A stretch of 64,000 nt of DNA from a virus (taxonomy: Duplodnaviria > Caudoviricetes): positions 160,001 to 224,000 of the IMG/VR virus record IMGVR_UViG_3300026549_000029; one strand, written 5' to 3'. How positions within the stretch are numbered: the first letter of the stretch is position 1; each line of letters opens with the position of its first letter. Positions 56,193-64,000 of the stretch are shown one piece after another. Below the pieces are notes generated by a model that saw only the letters and a list, made by a program, of their open reading frames with translations, was not told the origin of the DNA and ran no database searches. The translations under genes were made by a program, and so were the position numbers.

Positions 56193-57119
56193 TTATTTAA
56201 TCCCGTTCTTTTTCTTCCATTCTTCTATCTGCTTCTTTTCTTCATCAGACAGATTCTTTTTTCCATATACATTATTAATATAATTTCCTAAATTCTTTTT
56301 ATCAAGTTTCTGACCAGGTTTAATAACTTCTTTTGCTAATCTATTTACAGGATTCCCTTTTACTTCATAAAGCATTGATACATTTGCTTCACAAAGAGTT
56401 CTAAAAATATCAAAAGATGTATCTTCAGTAATGATAACATTCAAATTCTGTGCACAAATATCACAATCTGCTTCATTAACCTTAATAATACCATTAAGGG
56501 TAGCAATAACAGATTCACAATTAAGTTCAGCACACTTCTGAACATCTTCAACATCAGTGAAGAATTCATCACCCTGCTTAGCAACTACAACATTACCATA
56601 GTCTCTCTTTACAGCATCAACAGGATTAGCTTCCTGAGGATCAGCTTCAACCTGCATGTCTTCACCATTCGGTCCAACCTGCACATCAATGCTAATATCT
56701 TCATCGGCCTCTTTGATAAACATATAAGCACCACCATGCTTTTCAATATTTCTAGCATAGTTAGCAGTACTCTCACTGATAACAACAGTAGTATTATCAG
56801 CTCTCATTCCTGCTTCTTCATAGCAATGAATAATGCTATTAAGAGCTTCAATCATAGTAAATTCATTCAGATCAGCATACTTCTCCACATCTCTAGCATC
56901 GACATAGAACTCAAGCTTCTCTTCATTACCAGCATCATTCTGGTCATCACTCTTAACAACAGCAACAGGAATATTTTCAGGTGCAGACTTAGCAATATCA
57001 ACAGGATTAACAGACTGAGTAGGAGCAGCCTCTTCAGGATCAGCACTTACATCAATCTCATCCTTAGGTCCAACCTGAACATCCATTTCGATATCTTCTT
57101 CATTAAGATATTTAATCAT
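56193..57119 (-). CDS. Acidic protein with an internal ~120-aa duplication (head core/scaffold-like)
   Basis: DI..DVQVGP...ADP.EA...NPVD...F..D..DV.K.A.LN occurs twice; highly expressed codon bias. Confidence 0.65.
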   Translation of the reverse strand: MIKYLNEEDIEMDVQVGPKDEIDVSADPEEAAPTQSVNPVDIAKSAPENIPVAVVKSDDQNDAGNEEKLEFYVDARDVEKYADLNEFTMIEALNSIIHCYEEAGMRADNTTVVISESTANYARNIEKHGGAYMFIKEADEDISIDVQVGPNGEDMQVEADPQEANPVDAVKRDYGNVVVAKQGDEFFTDVEDVQKCAELNCESVIATLNGIIKVNEADCDICAQNLNVIITEDTSFDIFRTLCEANVSMLYEVKGNPVNRLAKEVIKPGQKLDKKNLGNYINNVYGKKNLSDEEKKQIEEWKKKNGIK

Positions 57120-57133
57120 GTTTGTTTACCTCA

Positions 57134-57709
57134 TCAATTATTATAGATTTCAAATTCTACATTAGCAGCTTCAAGATTAGCCTTTTCTTCTTCTGAACAA
57201 TTATCAAATTCAGATCTTGACATGACAATCTTTAAGCCATTATTATAAAGTGATTCATCATCATTAGAATCAATGATGTTCTTCACAGCAGTATCATAAT
57301 CTCTAGTATCAGAAGCATTCATGTAGTTCTTAAGATCATCATGATGTACATAATTATTATCTTTATATCTTGCTACAATCACATTAGCAGGGTCTGCCTT
57401 AATTTGATTAATAGCATCCATAGGAGTATAATTAGGCTGTACATCAGGAGAACTTGAGCTTATATCATTATCAGGTTCATCTGAAATTTTCTGAGAACCG
57501 AAAGAGTTAAACAAATTAGATTGACTATTCTTCTCTTTATTATTTTCTTCATCATTATCGTGGAATACTTCTCTACCATCAAATTTTGGAACTTCTGTAG
57601 GAATTTTTCCAGGACCTTCTATTTCTTCTGGAGACATATAATGAACATCTACAGCATTAGAAGGTGTAGAATCTTCTTCAAGAATATATTTAATTTCTTT
57701 ATTAGTCAT
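57134..57709 (-). CDS. Acidic protein carrying one copy of the same domain
   Basis: AAAAGGAG RBS favours ATG 57709 (MTNKEIK); NVIVA...YV..DDL..Y...AV.NII...L.IV. Confidence 0.65.
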   Translation of the reverse strand: MTNKEIKYILEEDSTPSNAVDVHYMSPEEIEGPGKIPTEVPKFDGREVFHDNDEENNKEKNSQSNLFNSFGSQKISDEPDNDISSSSPDVQPNYTPMDAINQIKADPANVIVARYKDNNYVHHDDLKNYMNASDTRDYDTAVKNIIDSNDDESLYNNGLKIVMSRSEFDNCSEEEKANLEAANVEFEIYNN

Positions 57710-57812
57710 CGTATTGACTCCTTTTCTCATGCTAAATTTAATATTATAATTTATAATATTTGATAACCGTGCACCCGTTATCAAATCTTAACAAGATTAA
57801 TATTCAATCTAG

Positions 57813-58646
57813 TTAAGATTTAGGCTCATCAATACGATTACCATCATTATCTACAAAAAAGATAACTTCTTTCATTTCAGGTTCTTTCTCTTGAACTTGT
57901 TCATCTAATATAGGTAAGGAATACATATTATTCTTAATTGTCTCTATCCTATTAACAAAAGCATCTTTAATTATATTTAACCTAGGTAATTCATAAGCAC
58001 CAGCAGGATCAATATAAATATTAGATTGAGCTAGAATTTTATTTTGTTCAGTAGTATCAAAATTCTTACCATATTCTTCTATCTCTTCTAATGTTTCTTT
58101 GTCTTCTGGTTCCATAAATTGAGAATAAGTAGATACAAATAAATCATATCTACCAAATACATCTTTAGGTGGTATAAATAAATAACCATTATGAACTAAT
58201 TCATGCTCAGTAGCCGTTAAAGGATATAAACCAACTATTCCTTTATAATGACACTCCATTACTTCTTTAGCAACCGATTCAAGAGATAAATCTTCATGAT
58301 AGAATCTTCTCTTTTCATAGATAATTTTGACAATATCTTCAATAGTTAAAGGAGTATGATGGACCTCAATTTTAACTTTAGACCCATCAGAATTAGAAAT
58401 ATTTTCAGATATTCCAGATCTATCAAATCCACCATATTCTTTCAAATATCGAATTAGTTCTCTATATTCAAAAGATGTTCTTACTTCAGATTTAACGTCC
58501 TTAATAAATCTAGTAACTTCTTTTGGATTATTTAAATCATAATTCTGAGTATCTTCAATTTCTGGTAATTCTCCAATATGAAATGTCTGTCCTTTACTAT
58601 CTTTGACATCATCAAGTTTAATAAGTGATACATTAGGATTCATCAT
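57813..58646 (-). CDS. HNH-like protein (paralog of 38446-39324)
   Basis: VRTS.EY...KIEVHHTPLTIEDI...PLTATEHELVH; late motif at 58669-58680. Confidence 0.65.
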   Translation of the reverse strand: MMNPNVSLIKLDDVKDSKGQTFHIGELPEIEDTQNYDLNNPKEVTRFIKDVKSEVRTSFEYRELIRYLKEYGGFDRSGISENISNSDGSKVKIEVHHTPLTIEDIVKIIYEKRRFYHEDLSLESVAKEVMECHYKGIVGLYPLTATEHELVHNGYLFIPPKDVFGRYDLFVSTYSQFMEPEDKETLEEIEEYGKNFDTTEQNKILAQSNIYIDPAGAYELPRLNIIKDAFVNRIETIKNNMYSLPILDEQVQEKEPEMKEVIFFVDNDGNRIDEPKS

Positions 58647-58729
58647 AATAATATATAAGTCCTCCTATTATATTTTAGTTAACTTTTATTAATATTTATA
58701 AAAGGTAAAATAAAGATGTTTTTAATAAT

Positions 58730-58748
58730 ATATTATAATAATGAAACT
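58730..58748 (+). promoter_or_regulatory. Early-type promoter
   Basis: ATATTATAATAATGAAACT, identical to 23408-23426. Confidence 0.65.
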
Positions 58749-58788
58749 TGATTTATAAATTAATTATTTATTAATAGGAGGAGTAAAA

Positions 58789-59232
58789 ATGAATACAAAA
58801 AAAGTTAAAATTTCTGCAATTATTGAAATTGAAGAGAATGCTTTTAAAGATTTAATCAAATCCGATAATATTGAACTTGAAGCTAAGTTTAAAACAAAAA
58901 GAAATGATGCTGATTATAGTGTTTATTATGAACATCCTGAGATTCAATCTGCTAATAATTTGATTATTAAAGATACAGAACCTAAAAGAGCTTCTAATCC
59001 TGATGGATCTATTCAGATCGAAAAAGAAGAAGTTGAAACTTATACAGTAGGAGAAGTAATTGATATTTTATCCAAATTTCCTAGAAATTATGAATTTCTC
59101 TGCTGTGGAGAATCTGATTATGCTATATGGGTAGATCATGATTCTCAGATGGTTAGTGTAGATAGAGGAGAATTTATTGATCAAATGATGGAAAATATAA
59201 AGAATAATATATATTCTTTTAAAATTGATTAA
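58789..59232 (+). CDS. Hypothetical protein
   Basis: AGGAGGAG RBS; TVGEVI..LS.FP motif common in phage early proteins. Confidence 0.75.
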   Translation: MNTKKVKISAIIEIEENAFKDLIKSDNIELEAKFKTKRNDADYSVYYEHPEIQSANNLIIKDTEPKRASNPDGSIQIEKEEVETYTVGEVIDILSKFPRNYEFLCCGESDYAIWVDHDSQMVSVDRGEFIDQMMENIKNNIYSFKID

Positions 59233-59244
59233 GGAGATTTTTAT

Positions 59245-61956
59245 ATGCTGTTTCCAGAAATTATAAAATGTTTTGCTAATATATTAAAAAATCAACAAAG
59301 TGATAAAAATAATCATCTTATTCCAGTATTAAGAGATCTTGGTTATTATACAACTTTAGCTTTAATAAAATTATATTCAATGTATAATAATCCATATGTT
59401 GGGGATGATGAAGCTGATTATGATATGGTAAAATATACAATAGAGGAGTATGAAAAAAATCTATATATTTTTGAATATATATATAGATTAGACAATGATA
59501 CAAAGACTATATCTAAACCTGATTTTAAAAATATAGCAGTTGATATTATTGATAATGAATGGGAAGATTATACTAATGAAGATGTAAAACATTTTTCTGA
59601 TGTAGAGAGTGATAAAAAAGAATTATTTAATGATTTAAATTGTATGTTATATGCTTTTATAATCAGTACTAAATATTTTAATACAGAAAATCATACAGAT
59701 CTTCAGGTTATATTAGAAGAAACTAAAGATACTCTTGGTGAAATGAGATTTTTAATTGGATATAAAGGTAGTTTATATCATATATCTGATATTAAACTTA
59801 ATAAAAAGATTAAAACTCGTAGAAAGAGAATCTTTGCTATCATAACTGAATTAATTTCTGATATTATATTAGCACTAAAAGCTTTTGAATTAGCTATATT
59901 AGAAATTAGAAAGATAAATAAAGAATATGTTTTTTATTGTGATGATAATGACTTTTATAAAGTATTAAAATCATATACTGATAAATCATCTAGACAATAT
60001 AAATGGGTTATTGATACTAATAAAACTATTAATACAAGTAATTATAAAGAATTAGTAGAAGATTTAGTATCTGCTGAGCATTTAATAATAGAAGATTCAG
60101 CAATTATTGATAAAGATGGTATAGAAATACAAGATAATTGTATTGATGACTGCGTTGATGAAATTATAAAAAGATTTGAACAGATAGAATGTTTATATAA
60201 AGATAATTCTTTTAAATTATCTGTACCTTATAATATTAAAAATAATATAAAATCTATTGTAAGTTATCAATATGAAAAAGATAAGTATTATTTAATGAAT
60301 ATTGCAGCTGCTGAAATTTATGATGAAAAAACCAATAGTACAGTAAAATTTCCTATTGTAGTTTTAGTAGATGCAAATAATAATATTATAAATCAAGAAG
60401 ATATTCAAGATTACAATATTGCTAGTTGTTATGCTGAACTTATATCATGGTTAATGGAAGAATTAGAAAATGCTGGTATACCAGATGGAATTATTATAGC
60501 TGGATTTAATAGTTTTACAGAATCTTTGTTACAAAAATTTGAAAAAGAAAAGAAAGAAATAGCAGAGAAATTAAATATAAAAGGAAATGTAATTTTAATT
60601 GATAGAAATTCAGAAGGATCAATTGGAGATATATTAGAGCATATTTCATCTATGATTGATAATATAACTAATCCAGATAATTCTAATTTATCTTTTGATC
60701 CTTCTACATCAGATAGTAATAAGCATGTAATAAAGACTATAAAAGATAAGTCTAATAATGTAATTATATCTACTAAAACTCCTTTTGAAAATCCTATTCA
60801 ATATGGAGACTATATTAGAGATAAATTGTTACCTTACATAAAATCTATTAGAATTCAATTCTGCATGGATTCTAAAGAACTTAAAAATGTAGCGGAGTGC
60901 TTTAAAGAATTTTCTGTTATGGATGAATTGGAATATTATGATGAAAATAATATCTTTAGTGATATTGGATATGGTCAATTATTCCAGAATAATTCATTCA
61001 TAATGAATATTAATTATAAAGATATTTTATTAGATTCTCTTTATGTTTGGTATTCTGATTCTGATGATGAATACTTTATAGGTAGAATCTTTGATAAGAT
61101 CAATTATTCTGTTCCTAGAGTAAAAGAGTGGTTTAGACAAGGATGCAAGTATAATACTTCTGATGAATTAAATTTAAATCTTTGTTCTTTTGCTGGAATA
61201 GCTAATATTGATCTTACAGGATTAGTAAATTATGTTTTTGATGAAAAAGTAGATAAAAATTATTTCTTACATGCTACTACTATATTAGATAATTCAAATA
61301 AAAGATTTAAAAGTAGAAAATTATTTGAAATATCTTCTTATGTATGGCAAGTAATATGTAATATCTTTACAGAAGAATATATCAAAGATATTAATTATAG
61401 AGGAGAAGGTCAAGAAAGAAGAGAATTAAAATATCTCAAGTATAGTGATAATTATAATATATCACAGTTGCTTGATGATTTTGAAGAATTAATTAAAGAT
61501 GGTCATCTTGATTATTTTAAAATTTTAAGTCTTATTGAAATGGTAGAAATTAATTTTAATCAAGATGATAGAAAAATAAAAGATGTTGAAAAATTTGATT
61601 TTAGTCCTATTTCTGAACTTTTTTGTGCTAAATTTCCTAATGGTAATATACTTTGGTATAATAAAGCATTTGCATCTACAACTAAATCTGTAATGACTTA
61701 TTATAGGATAAAACCTGAAGCAAAATATCTTAATAAAAAATTTTATACAAATAATGAATATATTAATGAATTTAGTATAAAAGATTCTTCAACTAAAATG
61801 ATACCTGCTGAAGATAGCAAAGCTATAGGACAGATGTGTCAAGATGAACATCATCTCATGCTGATTAAGAATATTAAAGATTCTAATCAGTTTATGAAAG
61901 ACCTATTATCAGTTTTGAAATATTTTAAATATGAATTAGATAAATCCAGAGAATAA
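59245..61956 (+). CDS. Large hypothetical protein (903 aa)
   Basis: AAGGAG RBS; long ORF; no motif recognised. Confidence 0.8.
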   Translation: MLFPEIIKCFANILKNQQSDKNNHLIPVLRDLGYYTTLALIKLYSMYNNPYVGDDEADYDMVKYTIEEYEKNLYIFEYIYRLDNDTKTISKPDFKNIAVDIIDNEWEDYTNEDVKHFSDVESDKKELFNDLNCMLYAFIISTKYFNTENHTDLQVILEETKDTLGEMRFLIGYKGSLYHISDIKLNKKIKTRRKRIFAIITELISDIILALKAFELAILEIRKINKEYVFYCDDNDFYKVLKSYTDKSSRQYKWVIDTNKTINTSNYKELVEDLVSAEHLIIEDSAIIDKDGIEIQDNCIDDCVDEIIKRFEQIECLYKDNSFKLSVPYNIKNNIKSIVSYQYEKDKYYLMNIAAAEIYDEKTNSTVKFPIVVLVDANNNIINQEDIQDYNIASCYAELISWLMEELENAGIPDGIIIAGFNSFTESLLQKFEKEKKEIAEKLNIKGNVILIDRNSEGSIGDILEHISSMIDNITNPDNSNLSFDPSTSDSNKHVIKTIKDKSNNVIISTKTPFENPIQYGDYIRDKLLPYIKSIRIQFCMDSKELKNVAECFKEFSVMDELEYYDENNIFSDIGYGQLFQNNSFIMNINYKDILLDSLYVWYSDSDDEYFIGRIFDKINYSVPRVKEWFRQGCKYNTSDELNLNLCSFAGIANIDLTGLVNYVFDEKVDKNYFLHATTILDNSNKRFKSRKLFEISSYVWQVICNIFTEEYIKDINYRGEGQERRELKYLKYSDNYNISQLLDDFEELIKDGHLDYFKILSLIEMVEINFNQDDRKIKDVEKFDFSPISELFCAKFPNGNILWYNKAFASTTKSVMTYYRIKPEAKYLNKKFYTNNEYINEFSIKDSSTKMIPAEDSKAIGQMCQDEHHLMLIKNIKDSNQFMKDLLSVLKYFKYELDKSRE

Positions 61957-61976
61957 TTCTCTGGATTTATTTTTTA
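61940..61976 (+). terminator. Terminator with stop codon at loop
   Basis: ATAAATCCAGAGAA-taa-TTCTCTGGATTTAT followed by a T-run. Confidence 0.75.
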
Positions 61977-62022
61977 TTAATTTCTCTACATCTAAATATT
62001 ATTATATAAGGAGAGATAATAA

Positions 62023-62673
62023 ATGAATACTCTTTTTAGTGTTGTGTGTATGACACCCAATGGAAAATTTCTTATAGCAAAAGGAAATAATAAGTCTGTT
62101 CTTCCTGGACTTTGGACATGTGGTATATTTGAATCTAATCCCAATAAACTGATTGAAGATAGTATTAGAGATTATTATCTTGAAGAATTTAATGCTGATG
62201 TAAGTATTATTACTCAACCAGAAGGAGAGGTAAAAAGGGCATTACCACTTACTATTTTCTCTCTTAATTTTGGTACTATTGAAAAACCTGTAATTGCAAC
62301 CGGTATTTATTTTATGGCAATACTTAGAAATCCTTATCAGATTAAAGCTTTAGGAAGATATTATGATGAAATTATATTATGTGATCTTGTAGAATTAGCT
62401 ACTACAATTGCAAATAGAAATATTATTCCTGATTTATATTATAATTTAATTCAAGTACAAGAAAATTATAAAGATACATTTACTAAAGAAATACAACCTT
62501 TTAATAATCCTACAGATTCATTACTTATTGATGAATCGGAAGATAATAAAAAAGAAGAAAAAGAAAATATTGAAACAAAAGAAAATTCTTTAGATAAAGA
62601 AGAAACTGAAACTAAAGAAGTTGAAAATGGTTCCGTAGATGAAGAAACCTTAATAATTCAGAAATCTGAATAG
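62023..62673 (+). CDS. Nudix-fold protein with degenerate Nudix box and acidic tail
   Basis: GKFLIAK....LPGLW..G......IEDSIRDYYLEEF; late motif at 61987-61998. Confidence 0.6.
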   Translation: MNTLFSVVCMTPNGKFLIAKGNNKSVLPGLWTCGIFESNPNKLIEDSIRDYYLEEFNADVSIITQPEGEVKRALPLTIFSLNFGTIEKPVIATGIYFMAILRNPYQIKALGRYYDEIILCDLVELATTIANRNIIPDLYYNLIQVQENYKDTFTKEIQPFNNPTDSLLIDESEDNKKEEKENIETKENSLDKEETETKEVENGSVDEETLIIQKSE

Positions 62674-62681
62674 GATAAATA

Positions 62682-62846
62682 ATGGATAGTAAAGATTGTA
62701 TTGTTATAATGGTATCATCAGGATTAAGTAGTATAATTATATCTATTATAGATCTTATAATATATAAAGAAAATTCAGTAAATCTTTTTATAGCTGGATT
62801 ATTTTTATTAGGAATTGGAATAATAGCTAATATTATATATGAATAA
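62682..62846 (+). CDS. 54-aa 2-TM protein (not in ORF track), paralog of the next gene
   Basis: MDSKDC...SIIDLIIYKENSVNLFIAGLFLLGIGIIANI; AGGA RBS. Confidence 0.65.
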   Translation: MDSKDCIVIMVSSGLSSIIISIIDLIIYKENSVNLFIAGLFLLGIGIIANIIYE

Positions 62847-63111
62847 TAAGAAAATAGATAAGATATTTATTATTATAGAATTAATTGGTGGTACTATTAT
62901 TATTCTTTTTTCTATTTTAGATATTATAGCTTATAAAGAAAATGCTATAGGTTTTCTTGTAGCTGGACTTTGTACAATAGGAATCGGAATAATAGATAAT
63001 ATTAATAGAAAAAATAATATTTATGATTCAAGACTATCAAAATTATCTACATTATTTTCAGTATTAGTAATGAGTTTGATTTTAATAAATATATTAATTC
63101 TAATTAAATAG
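62839..63111 (+). CDS. Small 3-TM membrane protein
   Basis: SILDIIAYKENAIGFLVAGLCTIGIGIIDNI. Confidence 0.7.
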   Translation: MNNKKIDKIFIIIELIGGTIIILFSILDIIAYKENAIGFLVAGLCTIGIGIIDNINRKNNIYDSRLSKLSTLFSVLVMSLILINILILIK

Positions 63112-63136
63112 AGAGAGTAGGAAATCCTACTCTCTC
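63111..63136. terminator. Terminator between convergent genes
   Basis: GAGAGAGTAGGA-aa-TCCTACTCTCTC. Confidence 0.75.
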
Positions 63137-63147
63137 CTATATTTTTT

Positions 63148-64000
63148 TTAAATTTTAGAATCATCATAAGGTATTCCAGCAATATCTTTAATAGATCTAT
63201 CAAGTTCTACCATAAGTTTAGATGTCGCAGCGAGTAAAGGTATACTAAATGTCATTCTACCACTTATCGAGCTTAAACTCATAAAAGTATCAACTGATTC
63301 ATTAGGTCTAAAATCGGTATATGGTTCATCTTCTTTAGAAATAATATATTTAATAATTCCTTTATTACTAGAATAATATGTAATCTTATCACCAACACCT
63401 AATTTATCAATATATTTAATATAGTATATAATTTTTACACCATCATATACATTTTTAGCTTTTCCTATATTATCCATCTTACCAATAACTGGTAATGTAG
63501 AAGTATCTAAATTATATTTATTATAAATTTTCTTAGTTCTTTTTATATTACGCTCATATCCTTCTACAAAGTTTCTAAGAGATTCAGATAATTCTTCTAA
63601 TTCTACAGTTCTATATACTTCTATTCCTGTTACTATTCCAGTATATTTTGTCTTTACAGGATTTCTACCAAGTTCAGAAATACCTTCGCCATTCATAGAT
63701 AGATTCTTAAGTAATGTAGTATAAACTTCATCATCAAAATCTGCTTGATAAGCAAATAAAGTATCTCCTTCCATTACTTTATCACCTAAAGTTTTATAGA
63801 CAATAATATTAGATCCTTTATCTACAACTTTTTCAATAGGCATAATAACTTCAGTAGACATCTTAGAAGCAAAAGTTTCAGTAACTGCAGCAGAATCTTC
63901 AAATCCTTCATCTGTGTTAATTATTGCTACTTTAGCTAAAGTACCAATAGCTCCAGCAAGATTACCAGATTCTCCTAAAGATTTAGAGAAGGATAATTTA
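63148..64000 (-). CDS. Phage RNA polymerase beta subunit, C-terminal part (5' end outside window)
   Basis: Frame open to the window end: GTLAKVAI...EGFEDSAAV, GDKITYYSSNKGII, S.SGRM. Confidence 0.9.
   Translation of the reverse strand, partial: KLSFSKSLGESGNLAGAIGTLAKVAIINTDEGFEDSAAVTETFASKMSTEVIMPIEKVVDKGSNIIVYKTLGDKVMEGDTLFAYQADFDDEVYTTLLKNLSMNGEGISELGRNPVKTKYTGIVTGIEVYRTVELEELSESLRNFVEGYERNIKRTKKIYNKYNLDTSTLPVIGKMDNIGKAKNVYDGVKIIYYIKYIDKLGVGDKITYYSSNKGIIKYIISKEDEPYTDFRPNESVDTFMSLSSISGRMTFSIPLLAATSKLMVELDRSIKDIAGIPYDDSKI

Noticed and set aside
1-64000. Alternative genetic code (TAG/TGA recoding)
   Set aside because: Core genes are uninterrupted in code 11, and TAG/TGA occur as normal stops next to terminators or downstream starts
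1-64000. tRNA or rRNA genes, transposases, integrase
   Set aside because: No cloverleaf or T-loop motifs, or mobile-element signatures, seen by eye in the intergenic gaps; tRNAscan-SE would confirm

Overview
AT-rich segment of a jumbo myovirus of the AR9/PBS1 (phiKZ-related) type. The host is probably a Bacillota (Firmicutes) species, judged from strong GGAGG RBSs, SH3b domains and a Veg-like domain. The genetic code is standard. Core genes: portal (5'-truncated), tail tube and sheath, three pieces of a split multisubunit RNA polymerase (beta'-C, beta'-middle, beta-C), a fibre/adhesin cluster with a 1900-aa modular repeat fibre and two GT2 glycosyltransferases, a terminase large subunit split by an ORF-less group I intron, and baseplate-like proteins. 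Other genes: an rtcB-prfH ribosome-repair cassette, a PolB-like protein, a kinase-like protein, RNase H, a receiver domain and probable internal head proteins. Two promoter classes can be read from the sequence (early-type ATATTATAAT and AR9-like late NACW-N6-TA), plus many intrinsic terminators. The most unusual element is at 20841-21116: a ~260-nt non-coding unit with its own late-type promoter and terminator on the minus strand. Its RNA is a tandem array of antisense copies of ribosome-binding sites plus start codons, so it is a candidate multi-target translation-silencing sRNA. An alternative reading is a plus-strand minigene array. All product calls come from recognising motifs by eye; no database search was run.
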